Assembly (NCBI GenBank): GCA_963835645.1
Contig: CAWIGQ010000012.1
Coordinates: forward strand, 16,954-80,953
Length of the DNA stretch: 64,000 bases
DNA from: an uncultured Gammaproteobacteria bacterium
GTDB taxonomy: Bacteria; Pseudomonadota; Gammaproteobacteria; Steroidobacterales; Steroidobacteraceae
Direction: 5' to 3'
The notes under the pieces are model-generated. The model made no database searches. It was not told where the DNA came from and worked only from the letters and a program-made list of their open reading frames with translations. The position numbers and the translations under genes were made by a program. Within the stretch, counting starts at the first letter, position 1; the number at the start of each line of letters is the position of its first letter. This document shows positions 45,444 to 54,347 of the stretch, one piece after another.

Positions 45444-46745
45444 ATGGCAACCGCTGAGCCGCTGGCGGCTGCGCCCAGCGCGGGTGGGCAGGGCGCAGCG
45501 TCGTATGTCATTTCGGTGGCGACTCTCGGCGCGGTGGCGGCGGCATTGCTGCTGTACGTCTCGAGCTCCTTCCAGCTGGCCGACATCTTCAGCGCCAAGC
45601 GCGTCCTGCAGATAATCCTGGTCGCGCCGATTGGCGCCGTGGCCTCCTATTTCATAGTCTCGCGCCCGTCGCGTCTGCTCGATCCACTCATCCTTTTTGC
45701 ACTCGCGAAGCTCGGCACGGAGGCGGTGCTGCGCGGGCGCTTCAGCTACGTCCTCGACAGCGTCTCCGCGGTACTGGCCCTGGTAGTTGTGGGCTGCGTA
45801 CCCGCCAAGAGCTTCGACCTGGCCGTGCGGGTCATCGTCACGGCCTCCGGCGTTCTGGCGCTCATGGCGCTGCTGCAGTGGCTGGTACTCATCTACGCAC
45901 CAGAGATGAACGTCTATGTGCTCAGTCCGGTGGACGAGGGCGAGCATCAGGATCCTATCCGGCATCCGATCGCGCTGCTGGGACTCGGGCTCGAGCACCA
46001 ATTCACGCTTGCGGGTATGAGCGTCGGGCGCATGCAGAGCTTCGCCAAGGAACCCTCCCTCAACGTCCTGTACTTCATGCTGCCCGCGAGCCTCGCCTTC
46101 ATGCGCAACACCGGCTCGTCCTTCCTGTGGGGATGCGTGCTGCTCGGCTATTGCGTCCTGTCGCTGTCCGGATCGGTATTTCTCGCCTGCGGATTCGCCG
46201 GCTTTTGGTGGGTGCTGTCGCGGCTGACCTCCATCAGGGTGACGGTGCCTTACGGCATGCTGCTCGTCATGGTGGCTTACGTCGCGGGGCTCCACTCCAC
46301 CTCCAGCACGCTGTCGATTCTGAATGCTTTCGACTATATCTCGCAGTATGGCGACTTCCTGAGCAAGGGTACCTCGGTCACGTCGCGAGGTCAGGGCGCG
46401 GTCACCAATACGGACGCGGCGCTGATCTCGCCGTTGGGGAGCGACACGACAGCGGAGGTTCCGGGTCCCTGGTTATCCAACTCCGCGCTGAATGCCGGGT
46501 GGCTGGGAGTGTTGCTCCTCATCTGGTTTCTCGTGAAGCTGGGAGGGGAACTGGAAGTCTTCTACGCGCGCAGCCCGCGCGGCGGTACGCGGCGATTTGG
46601 CTGCGTGCTGTTCCTCGGCGTGCTGGCGACGGTGCTGGTTTTCAATGACTATCAGATGGGTAACTACGTGGGCCTCGTTCTGATGGCCGTCATGTATCGC
46701 ACGATCCGGGCGCGCAACCACGACGGGATACCGGCGACCGCGTAA
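45444..46745 (+). CDS. wzy: Wzy-type O-antigen/EPS polymerase or O-antigen-ligase-like membrane protein
   Basis: 433 aa with about 10-12 hydrophobic segments and a large loop. RMQSFAKEPSLNVLYFMLP resembles the Wzy_C/O-antigen ligase motif. Sequence conservation is low, as usual for Wzy. Confidence 0.6.
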   Translation: MATAEPLAAAPSAGGQGAASYVISVATLGAVAAALLLYVSSSFQLADIFSAKRVLQIILVAPIGAVASYFIVSRPSRLLDPLILFALAKLGTEAVLRGRFSYVLDSVSAVLALVVVGCVPAKSFDLAVRVIVTASGVLALMALLQWLVLIYAPEMNVYVLSPVDEGEHQDPIRHPIALLGLGLEHQFTLAGMSVGRMQSFAKEPSLNVLYFMLPASLAFMRNTGSSFLWGCVLLGYCVLSLSGSVFLACGFAGFWWVLSRLTSIRVTVPYGMLLVMVAYVAGLHSTSSTLSILNAFDYISQYGDFLSKGTSVTSRGQGAVTNTDAALISPLGSDTTAEVPGPWLSNSALNAGWLGVLLLIWFLVKLGGELEVFYARSPRGGTRRFGCVLFLGVLATVLVFNDYQMGNYVGLVLMAVMYRTIRARNHDGIPATA

Positions 46746-47681
46746 ATGGCCAAGCGCCGCAAAGTGACAGTCCTCGGCGCCGGTTTCATCGGACTCAACC
46801 TCCTGCGGCGCATGCTCGATGCGGGCGCGGAGGTCGCGGTGCTCGATCACAATGAGGCGCCGGCCGACGTGGCGGGGCGCGTGCGCTGGATTCGCGGCGA
46901 GTTCGCCGATCCGCAAGCGGTGCAGGGTGCGCTCGAGGGCGCCGCCGTGGCGTTCCACCTAATCTCGAGCACGGTACCTGGCGATGAGCACGTCGAGGTC
47001 AGCCGCGAGTTGTCGGACAACATCTTTGCGACGCTGCGCTTCCTCGAGATATGCGAGCGCCTGGCGGTGCCGCGCGTGGTGTTCGCCTCGTCATCGTCCG
47101 TCTACGGACTGCAGCAGAAGGTGCCGATTGCGGAGAGTGCGGTAACCGATCCGATCAGCTCGCACGGCATCCAGAAGCTGGCCATCGAGAAGTACCTGCT
47201 GCTGCACCGCTTTCACCGCGGGCTCGATGTGCGCATCGCCAGACTGTCGAATCCGTTTGGCCCGGGGCAGCGCCTGTATGGGCGTCAGGGCTTCGTTGCC
47301 CTCACCATCGGCCATCTCCTCAAGAATGAGCCGATACTGTTGCGCGATGAAGGCCGGCCAGTCCGTGATTTCCTCTACATCGACGATGTGAGCGAGGCCC
47401 TCGACCGTCTCGGCCGCGAAGATCGCGCCCCGGCGGTGGTGAATATCGGCTCAGGCGTCGGTCACTCGCTGCGCCAGGTGGTAGCGATGATGGAGGAGGC
47501 GATGCAGCGGCCGATCAGATCGGTCCCGGGTGAGCCGCGGCGCGCGGACATCCCGGTGAGCGTGCTGGATGTGACGCTAGCGGTGGAGGGCATCGGATTT
47601 CGCGCAGCGACCCCGGTGCGTACCGGACTGTGGCGCACACTGCGCCATTACGGCATCGCAGTCCCGGGCGCGCAGCACTGA
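46746..47681 (+). CDS. NAD-dependent epimerase/dehydratase-family SDR with HxxxK in place of YxxxK
   Basis: VLGAGFIGLNLL Rossmann motif. The catalytic region reads PISSHGIQKLAIEKY, with codon CAC (His) where Tyr is expected. Confidence 0.7.
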   Translation: MAKRRKVTVLGAGFIGLNLLRRMLDAGAEVAVLDHNEAPADVAGRVRWIRGEFADPQAVQGALEGAAVAFHLISSTVPGDEHVEVSRELSDNIFATLRFLEICERLAVPRVVFASSSSVYGLQQKVPIAESAVTDPISSHGIQKLAIEKYLLLHRFHRGLDVRIARLSNPFGPGQRLYGRQGFVALTIGHLLKNEPILLRDEGRPVRDFLYIDDVSEALDRLGREDRAPAVVNIGSGVGHSLRQVVAMMEEAMQRPIRSVPGEPRRADIPVSVLDVTLAVEGIGFRAATPVRTGLWRTLRHYGIAVPGAQH

Positions 47682-48841
47682 GGCCCCCGCGGGGCACTGC
47701 GATCGACACGGTTCTGCACATCATCACGGACCTGGGTCAGGGTGGGGCTGAGGCTGTTCTCTATCGGCTCATCGCTGCGACCCGCGACGCCTTCCGGCAC
47801 GAGGTCGTTTCCCTGCACCGCGAGGGGGTTTATGGCCCACAGCTTCGCGAGCAGGGTGTGCAGGTCACCGCACTCGGCATGCAGCGCGGGCGCCCGAGCA
47901 TCGGCGCGCTGCTGCGGCTGCGGCGCATCATTGCCGCAAGCCGTCCACAGGTGATGCAGACGCGGCTGGACCATGCCAACCTGATGGGCGGGCTGCTGCG
48001 GCGCTTCGCGGGCGCACCACCGGTGGTGTGGGCAGTGCATTCCACCGAGCTGGGCGCGCTGCGCAGCACCTGGAAGACGCGCCTGGTAAGACGCTGCTGC
48101 GCGCGCTTGTCCCAGGCAGTACCGAGCGCGATTGTCTCGGACGCGCGCAGCAGCGCCGCGCTATACGCGAAGTTAGGATTCAGCGCCGCGAAGCTGCGCG
48201 TCGTGCCCAACGGCGTCGATCCGGCGACGTTCCGGCCGGATCGCGACGCCAGAGAACGGGTGAGGCAGGCGTGGGATGTGGCGCCGGATGAGACGCTGCT
48301 CGGGTGCGTCGCCCGCTGGGATCCGCTGAAGGATCACGAAAACCTGCTGCGCGCGCTGCGCCAACTCGCTGACCGTGGTCGTCGCCTGCGCTGCGCCCTG
48401 GTCGGGCGGGGCATGGAGGCACAAAACCGCGATCTGCAGCGCCTTAGCGAGCGCTGCGGCATCGCGCAGTGCCTGATCCTCGCCGGGCCGAGCAGCGAGG
48501 TGCCCGCGGTCATGAACGCCTTCGACCTGCACGTGTTGCCGAGCCGCTCGGAGTCGCTGCCGGTTGCGGTGCTGGAGGCGATGGCCTGCGGAATACCGTG
48601 CGTGGTCACCGACGTGGGTGATGCACGGCACATCGTCGGCGAGACCGGCTGGGTCGCGCCCCCGCAGGATGCCGCGGCGCTCGCGGATGCGATCGAAGCA
48701 GGGCTTGGTTGCCCGCCGGCGGCGCGCGCGCAGCGCGCCGCGCTCTGCAGGGCGAGGGTCGTGCAGGAGTTCAGTCTCGCGAGGATGGGGGCTGATTATG
48801 CGGCCCTGTGGAGCGAGGCGGCCGCCGCCTCAGGGACGTAG
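47630..48841 (+). CDS. Family 4 (GT-B) glycosyltransferase
   Basis: LHIITDLGQGGAEAVL N-terminus and ESLPVAVLEAMACGIPCVVTDVGD (E-x7-E). The only canonical in-frame start codon upstream of the conserved N-terminus is GTG 47630, giving a 52-nt overlap with the upstream SDR, so the start is uncertain. Confidence 0.8.
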   Translation: MAHTAPLRHRSPGRAALRPPRGTAIDTVLHIITDLGQGGAEAVLYRLIAATRDAFRHEVVSLHREGVYGPQLREQGVQVTALGMQRGRPSIGALLRLRRIIAASRPQVMQTRLDHANLMGGLLRRFAGAPPVVWAVHSTELGALRSTWKTRLVRRCCARLSQAVPSAIVSDARSSAALYAKLGFSAAKLRVVPNGVDPATFRPDRDARERVRQAWDVAPDETLLGCVARWDPLKDHENLLRALRQLADRGRRLRCALVGRGMEAQNRDLQRLSERCGIAQCLILAGPSSEVPAVMNAFDLHVLPSRSESLPVAVLEAMACGIPCVVTDVGDARHIVGETGWVAPPQDAAALADAIEAGLGCPPAARAQRAALCRARVVQEFSLARMGADYAALWSEAAAASGT

Positions 48842-48847
48842 CGGCTC

Positions 48848-50788
48848 GTGTGCGGGATAGCAGGCTTCCTCGGTCCGCCAGGCTCGAGCTCATCGGCGGA
48901 TCTCGCGGCGACCGCGCGCGCGATGGGCCGGGCAATCGCACATCGCGGACCGGATGACTGCGGGGTGTGGGCTGACGCCGGGCGAGGCCTGGCGCTCGCC
49001 CATCAGCGGCTGTCGATCATCGATCTGTCCCCCCAGGGTCATCAGCCCATGACGTCGCCCTCCGGGCGCTTCGTGATGATCCTCAACGGCGAGATTTACA
49101 ACTACCCGCAACTGCGCGCGGAGCTTGAGCAGGCAGGCCGGGCCCCCGCGTGGCGCGGCCACTCCGACACCGAAGTGCTGCTGGCCGCCTGTGAGGCCTG
49201 GGGCATCGAGGGCGCCCTGCAGCGTGCCAACGGGATGTTCGCGATTGCGCTGGCCGACCTCACCGACGAGCAGCTGGTTCTGGTGCGCGATCGCATGGGC
49301 GAGAAGCCGCTTTACTACGGCTGGCAGGGCCGGCATTTCCTGTTCGGCTCGGAGCTGAAGGCCCTGCGTGCGCATCCGCAGTTTGAGCGACGCCTGGACA
49401 CGCGTGCGCTGCCCTCATACATCCGCTTCGGTTATGTTCCCGCGCCGCTGAGCATCTACGCGGGAATTCACAAGCTTGCGCCCGGCACGATGCTGCGGGT
49501 CGCGCTGCGCGAGCGGGGATCTGCCGCGGTGCAGGCATACTGGCAGCTGCCGCTGCCGACGGCGGAGGGTGCGCCAACTGCGCAGACCGCGGTGGAGCGG
49601 CTGCATACGCTGCTGCGCGATGCCGTCAAGTGCCGCATGCACTCGGATGTTCCGCTGGGGGCGTTTCTGTCCGGAGGAATCGATTCCTCGACCGTGGTGG
49701 CGCTGATGCAGGATCAGGCGAGCCGCCCGGTGCACACCTACTCCATCGGCTTTCGCGAGCAATCCTACGACGAATCCGCGCATGCCCGGGCGGTTGCCGC
49801 TGCCCTGGGCACCGATCACAGCGAGCTCTATGTGAGCGCCGCCGATGCGCTCGCCGTCGTGCCGCTGCTGCCGCAACTCTACGACGAGCCGTTCGCGGAC
49901 TCTTCGGCCGTGCCCACCTTCCTGTTATCGAAGCTCACGCGCGCGCACGTGACCGTGGCACTCTCGGGCGACGGCGGCGACGAGCTGTTCGGCGGCTACG
50001 TACGATACCTGCGCGGCCCGGCGCTGCTGCGGTTGTATCGAACGGTGCCGCGCGGCATGCGCGTAGCAGCTGCAACGCTGCTCGCCGCGCTTTCCGGCCA
50101 GCGCTGGGATCGGCTGAGCGCGCGCGGACCGCGCTCGCTCGCAGTCGCGCTAACGAGCGATCGGCTGGCGAAGCTGGCGCAGGTACTGCCGCTCTCGGGC
50201 TACCGCGAGCTGTATGGGCGTCTGGTATCGCAATGGCCCGATCCTGCTGTCGTGACCGGCGGCGCACCTGCGCAGCCCGGCCTGGCCGAGGACGAGCGTC
50301 TCGCCGGGATGATCGACTGTCCGATCTCGTGGATGATGCATATCGATCAGCTGACGTACCTTCCGGATGACATACTGGTGAAGGTCGATCGCGCATCCAT
50401 GGCGGTGGCGCTCGAGGCACGCGTGCCCTATCTCGATCACCGTGTCGTGGAGTTCGCAGCGAGCCTGCCCATCGAAATGAAGCTGCGCGGCGGCCGCGGC
50501 AAATGGCTGCTGCGTGAGATACTGGCTCAGTATCTCGAGCCGCGGCTGACGGGCCGGCCGAAGCAGGGGTTCGGAATTCCCATTGCCGAGTGGTTGCGGG
50601 ATCCGTTGCGCGAGTGGGCCGAGGAGCTACTGTCCCCGCGCGCGCTGGCCGGCAGCGGGCTACTCGACCCGGCACCGGTCCGCAGGGTCTGGGAGGCTCA
50701 CCTGGCCGGACGCAACCACGAGCACCAGCTGTGGGTCATCCTGATGCTGCAGGCGTGGTTGCGGGCCGCGGCGTCGTCGGTTCGCTGA
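48848..50788 (+). CDS. Asparagine synthase (glutamine-hydrolysing)-family amidotransferase (WbpS-like)
   Basis: (M)CGIAGFLG Ntn-Cys, PP-loop SGGIDSS, and C-terminal GRPKQGFGIPIAEWL. 646 aa, intact. GTG start. Confidence 0.88.
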   Translation: MCGIAGFLGPPGSSSSADLAATARAMGRAIAHRGPDDCGVWADAGRGLALAHQRLSIIDLSPQGHQPMTSPSGRFVMILNGEIYNYPQLRAELEQAGRAPAWRGHSDTEVLLAACEAWGIEGALQRANGMFAIALADLTDEQLVLVRDRMGEKPLYYGWQGRHFLFGSELKALRAHPQFERRLDTRALPSYIRFGYVPAPLSIYAGIHKLAPGTMLRVALRERGSAAVQAYWQLPLPTAEGAPTAQTAVERLHTLLRDAVKCRMHSDVPLGAFLSGGIDSSTVVALMQDQASRPVHTYSIGFREQSYDESAHARAVAAALGTDHSELYVSAADALAVVPLLPQLYDEPFADSSAVPTFLLSKLTRAHVTVALSGDGGDELFGGYVRYLRGPALLRLYRTVPRGMRVAAATLLAALSGQRWDRLSARGPRSLAVALTSDRLAKLAQVLPLSGYRELYGRLVSQWPDPAVVTGGAPAQPGLAEDERLAGMIDCPISWMMHIDQLTYLPDDILVKVDRASMAVALEARVPYLDHRVVEFAASLPIEMKLRGGRGKWLLREILAQYLEPRLTGRPKQGFGIPIAEWLRDPLREWAEELLSPRALAGSGLLDPAPVRRVWEAHLAGRNHEHQLWVILMLQAWLRAAASSVR

Positions 50789-50801
50789 GGGCAGCGCGCC
50801 G

Positions 50802-51929
50802 GTGTCGACACGGCTCCTCCTCAATGTAAACGTAGCGTGGTTCTTTCTGTCTCACCGGCTTGCCATTGCGCGCGCGGCGCGCGCTGCCGGGTTCGACGTC
50901 CACGTGGCCGGGGACATCCTCTCGGACGAGGAGATCGCAGCGGTGCGCCAGGAGGGTCTGACTTTCCATCGCCTGCGCCTCAGCCGAGGCGGCCTGCTGC
51001 CGGGGCGCGATCTCGCCTACCTCGCGCAGCTCATGCGCCTGATGCGGCGGCTGCGGCCGGATCTCGTCCATAACATCACCGCCAAGCCGATCGTGTACGG
51101 CACGCTAGCGGCACGCGCGCTCGGTGTTCGCGCAATCCTCAACGCGGTCTCAGGCCTCGGCTATTCGTTCTCCGGCGCCAGCGACCGCTGGCTGCTTTCC
51201 CGGGTGGTCGCTGCGGCGTACCGCGTTGCGCTGCGGCGCCCGGGGATACTGGTCATTTTCCAGAACGACGACGACGTCGAGGCGTTCGTCGGCGCGCGCA
51301 TCATCGATCGCGCCCAGGCGATCCTGATCCGCGGCTCGGGCGTGGATCTGGCGCAGTTTGCGCCGAGCGCCGAGCCCGCAGGGCCGCCGCGAGTGCTGTT
51401 GCCGGCGCGCATGCTGCGCGACAAGGGCATCCTCGAGTTCGCGCGTGCCGCGCAGCTGTTGCGCTCGCAGGGTGCGGGGGCGAGCTTCCTGCTGGCGGGA
51501 ATGCTCGACGAGGCGAACCCGGCAGCGCTTAGCCGCGATGCGCTGACCCGACTGCAGCAGGAGAGCGGCCTCCAGTGGCTGGGACAGGTGGCCGACATGC
51601 CGGCGCTGTTGCGCAGCATTCATGTGGTCTGTCTGCCATCCTACCGCGAGGGGTTCCCCAAGGCGCTGATCGAAGCGTGTGCCGCCGGCCGGCCGATCGT
51701 CGCGACCGATGTTCCCGGATGTCGGGAAGTCGTCGAACACGGAGTCAACGGCCTGCTGGTCAGGGTACGCGATGTGCCGGCGCTTGCGGACGCGCTGCAG
51801 CGATTGCTGAGCGATGCAGAAATGAGAGTGAGAATGGGAGCGGCGGGCCGACGCAAGGCCGAGGCCGAGTTCGGCGTCGGCGCCGTGGTGCGCGCAACGC
51901 TCGAGGTGTATCGGAAGCTTCTGGATTGA
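50802..51929 (+). CDS. Family 4 (GT-B) glycosyltransferase
   Basis: LLLNVNVAWFFLSHRL N-terminus (Glyco_trans_4-like) and EGFPKALIEACAAGRPIVATDVPGCRE (E-x7-E). GTG start. Confidence 0.85.
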   Translation: MSTRLLLNVNVAWFFLSHRLAIARAARAAGFDVHVAGDILSDEEIAAVRQEGLTFHRLRLSRGGLLPGRDLAYLAQLMRLMRRLRPDLVHNITAKPIVYGTLAARALGVRAILNAVSGLGYSFSGASDRWLLSRVVAAAYRVALRRPGILVIFQNDDDVEAFVGARIIDRAQAILIRGSGVDLAQFAPSAEPAGPPRVLLPARMLRDKGILEFARAAQLLRSQGAGASFLLAGMLDEANPAALSRDALTRLQQESGLQWLGQVADMPALLRSIHVVCLPSYREGFPKALIEACAAGRPIVATDVPGCREVVEHGVNGLLVRVRDVPALADALQRLLSDAEMRVRMGAAGRRKAEAEFGVGAVVRATLEVYRKLLD

Positions 51930-51941
51930 GAGACGCAACAC

Positions 51942-53378
51942 ATGCGACGTCGTGACATGCCGGCAGCGTTGCTGGCGGCCGCGGCCGGCGTGGCCGGCGA
52001 GCCGCCGGTCATCCACGCCGACACAGGCGCTGAGGCACCCTCCTACCCGCGCACCGAGGCCGAAGTCAACGCCAAAGTGACACCCACCGACACAAGCTTT
52101 GCGCCGGGAAACGTGCGGCGCTACGGCGCCGGTGATGGTCACACTCCCGATGAGGTCGCGTTCCAGAACGCCTGCGCCGCGAACGACTGTGTGTTCGTGC
52201 CGCGCGGTACCTACGTGTTCAACTCTCAGGTGAACGTGGACCGATCCAACATCACGATCACGGGCGAGAACCACGGTAGCGGGGCGGCGAACATCCGCCT
52301 CGCCCGCTCAGCGGGGCGGGCTGCGGCCGTGTTCCGCTGGAATTCCTGGGCGGCGAACGTGCAGGTAGCGAACCTGGCGATCCTGCTGAAAAACGCCGGC
52401 GCGGCGCAGGTCGGGCTGAGATTTGCGGAGGTACGCGCCTCGCGTATCAGCAACTGCTATATCGAGGGCCTGGCCGACAAGGGCAACGACACCACCGCCA
52501 TCCAGTTCGACGGCAGCGGCACCTACAGCGGTGATGTCGACGTCGAGAATTGTTACCTGACGGCTCACCACATTGCCGTGGACCTGCAGCGCGTGTGCAC
52601 CACGGTCCGCATACTCAACTGTGAGATCTACGGCACCCAGCGCCTCCCCGGCACGATCGGGGTCAGAATCTCCGCTGCCAGTGCCGGAGTGCTCATCTCG
52701 GGCAGCACATTCGAAGGCTGGGGTGTCGGAGTCCACACCGAAGGGTGCTACATCAAGCAGATCGGCAACTACTTCGAGGACAACACCACTCACTGGCACT
52801 GGGTGCGCGGCGCGGGCAGGTCACGCATCTGGAATTCCTCCTTCGGCGACATCTGCCTGGCCGGCGGCGCGCCCGTGTACCCGCGCAATGACGTCGACAG
52901 CTGCATCGTTTTTGGCCAGACGGCAAATTTCGTGGACAGCGCGTACGTCGAGGCCGCGCGCGGCTTTCGCGAGCGCAGCCGTGCGTTCAATCTCGGAGAG
53001 TGGACCGCGCCCGCCGTCACTGCCGGTCACTTCAGCGGCAGTGGCGGCATGACCTGGACCGTCGTGCCGGAAAACGTCCAGACCTACGCCTACACGCTCG
53101 TCGGCAAGAGCATGACTCTCAGCTGGGTCATTGCCGGCTCGATGATCGCGGGGCAGGCGGATAAGGCCCTGCAGCTGACGATACCGGACGGCTACACCCC
53201 AAACCGCCTCTTCAGGGTCCCCACCGGTGTTCTCAGCAACGGGGTGAGCGGCATCGGCCTTGCGGAGGCGGCCGCCGGCCGACCCCGCATTCATATCTAC
53301 CCGACGCCGGACCGACGCACCAGCTTTAACCTGGGGCCGGCGGAGCTCTTCGGGCAGATTACCTTCGAGATCAGATGA
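51942..53378 (+). CDS. Secreted right-handed beta-helix (pectate-lyase-superfamily) protein; candidate glycan depolymerase or epimerase
   Basis: N-terminus MRRRDMPAALLAAAAGVAG is signal- or Tat-like. GNVRRYGAGDGHTPDEVAFQNACAANDCVFVPRGTYVF resembles the N-terminal motif of pectate-lyase-3/tailspike-like proteins. Repeated short beta-strand periodicity follows (NITITG, VANLAIL, ISNCYIEG, VENCYLT, ILNCEIYG, ISGSTFEG). Confidence 0.6.
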   Translation: MRRRDMPAALLAAAAGVAGEPPVIHADTGAEAPSYPRTEAEVNAKVTPTDTSFAPGNVRRYGAGDGHTPDEVAFQNACAANDCVFVPRGTYVFNSQVNVDRSNITITGENHGSGAANIRLARSAGRAAAVFRWNSWAANVQVANLAILLKNAGAAQVGLRFAEVRASRISNCYIEGLADKGNDTTAIQFDGSGTYSGDVDVENCYLTAHHIAVDLQRVCTTVRILNCEIYGTQRLPGTIGVRISAASAGVLISGSTFEGWGVGVHTEGCYIKQIGNYFEDNTTHWHWVRGAGRSRIWNSSFGDICLAGGAPVYPRNDVDSCIVFGQTANFVDSAYVEAARGFRERSRAFNLGEWTAPAVTAGHFSGSGGMTWTVVPENVQTYAYTLVGKSMTLSWVIAGSMIAGQADKALQLTIPDGYTPNRLFRVPTGVLSNGVSGIGLAEAAAGRPRIHIYPTPDRRTSFNLGPAELFGQITFEIR

Positions 53379-54343
53379 CACGCGTATTGGTGACCGGCGC
53401 CACGGGCTTCGTCGGCTCAATCCTGAGTGAGGAGCTCGCGCAGGCGGGCTACATCGTGCGTGCGGCGCTGCGCAGCGAGGGCCCGGTGCCTGCCGCCGTC
53501 GCAGAGAAAGTCGTGACCGGTGACCTCGCGGCGGCCACGGGACTCGCGGCGGCGCTCGAGGGGGTGAAAGCGGTCATTCACGCCGCGGCCCGGACCCATG
53601 TGCTGCGCGAATCTCCCGCCAGCGCGCAGCTGTACATGCAGGTCAATGCCCACGCCACGACGCGCCTGGCACAAGCCGCAGCGCAAGCCGGTGTGCGACG
53701 ATTCGTCTACCTGAGCAGCATCAAAGTCAACGGCGAGGAGACCCGCCGCGCCTACACCCCCGACGATGAGCCCCATCCGCAGGACGCCTACGGCCTGTCG
53801 AAGTGGCTCGGGGAGAAGGGTTTGTGGGAGGCGGCTGCAGGAACCGGCATGGAGGCCGCCATCGTGCGGCCACCCCTGGTGTATGGACCGGGCGTGGGCG
53901 CCAATTTTCTGCGCCTCTTGCGCTGGGTGGACGCCGGCTGGCCGCTGCCGCTCGCGAGCATCCGTAACCGGCGCAGTCTCGTCAGCGTCTGGAACCTCTG
54001 CGACCTGCTGCTGCGCGTCCTGGCGCATCCGGCCCTGCCTGGGCGCGTCTGGATGGTGTCCGACGGCGACGATCTGTCGACTGTGGAGCTCATCCGGCAC
54101 CTCGCGACGATCATGGGCCGCCGCGTGCGGTTGCTGCCGGTGCCGGTCAGAGCGCTGCGCGCGGCCGCGGCTGTCATGGGACGGGGGGCGGAGATCGACA
54201 GGCTCTGCGGCTCGCTGCTGGTCGACATCACACAGACGCGGCGTGCGCTCGAGTGGACGCCGCCGGTACCGCTCACCGAGGGGCTCGCCCGAACGGTGGG
54301 TTGGTATCGCGCGCTGCACCGGGCCGCGCCGCGGAGCCCCTGA
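53375..54343 (+). CDS. NAD-dependent epimerase/dehydratase-family SDR (WbpV-like position)
   Basis: VTGATGFVGS and YGLSK. ATGA overlap upstream. Immediately precedes the initiating transferase. Confidence 0.8.
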   Translation: MTRVLVTGATGFVGSILSEELAQAGYIVRAALRSEGPVPAAVAEKVVTGDLAAATGLAAALEGVKAVIHAAARTHVLRESPASAQLYMQVNAHATTRLAQAAAQAGVRRFVYLSSIKVNGEETRRAYTPDDEPHPQDAYGLSKWLGEKGLWEAAAGTGMEAAIVRPPLVYGPGVGANFLRLLRWVDAGWPLPLASIRNRRSLVSVWNLCDLLLRVLAHPALPGRVWMVSDGDDLSTVELIRHLATIMGRRVRLLPVPVRALRAAAAVMGRGAEIDRLCGSLLVDITQTRRALEWTPPVPLTEGLARTVGWYRALHRAAPRSP

Positions 54344-54347
54344 AGCG

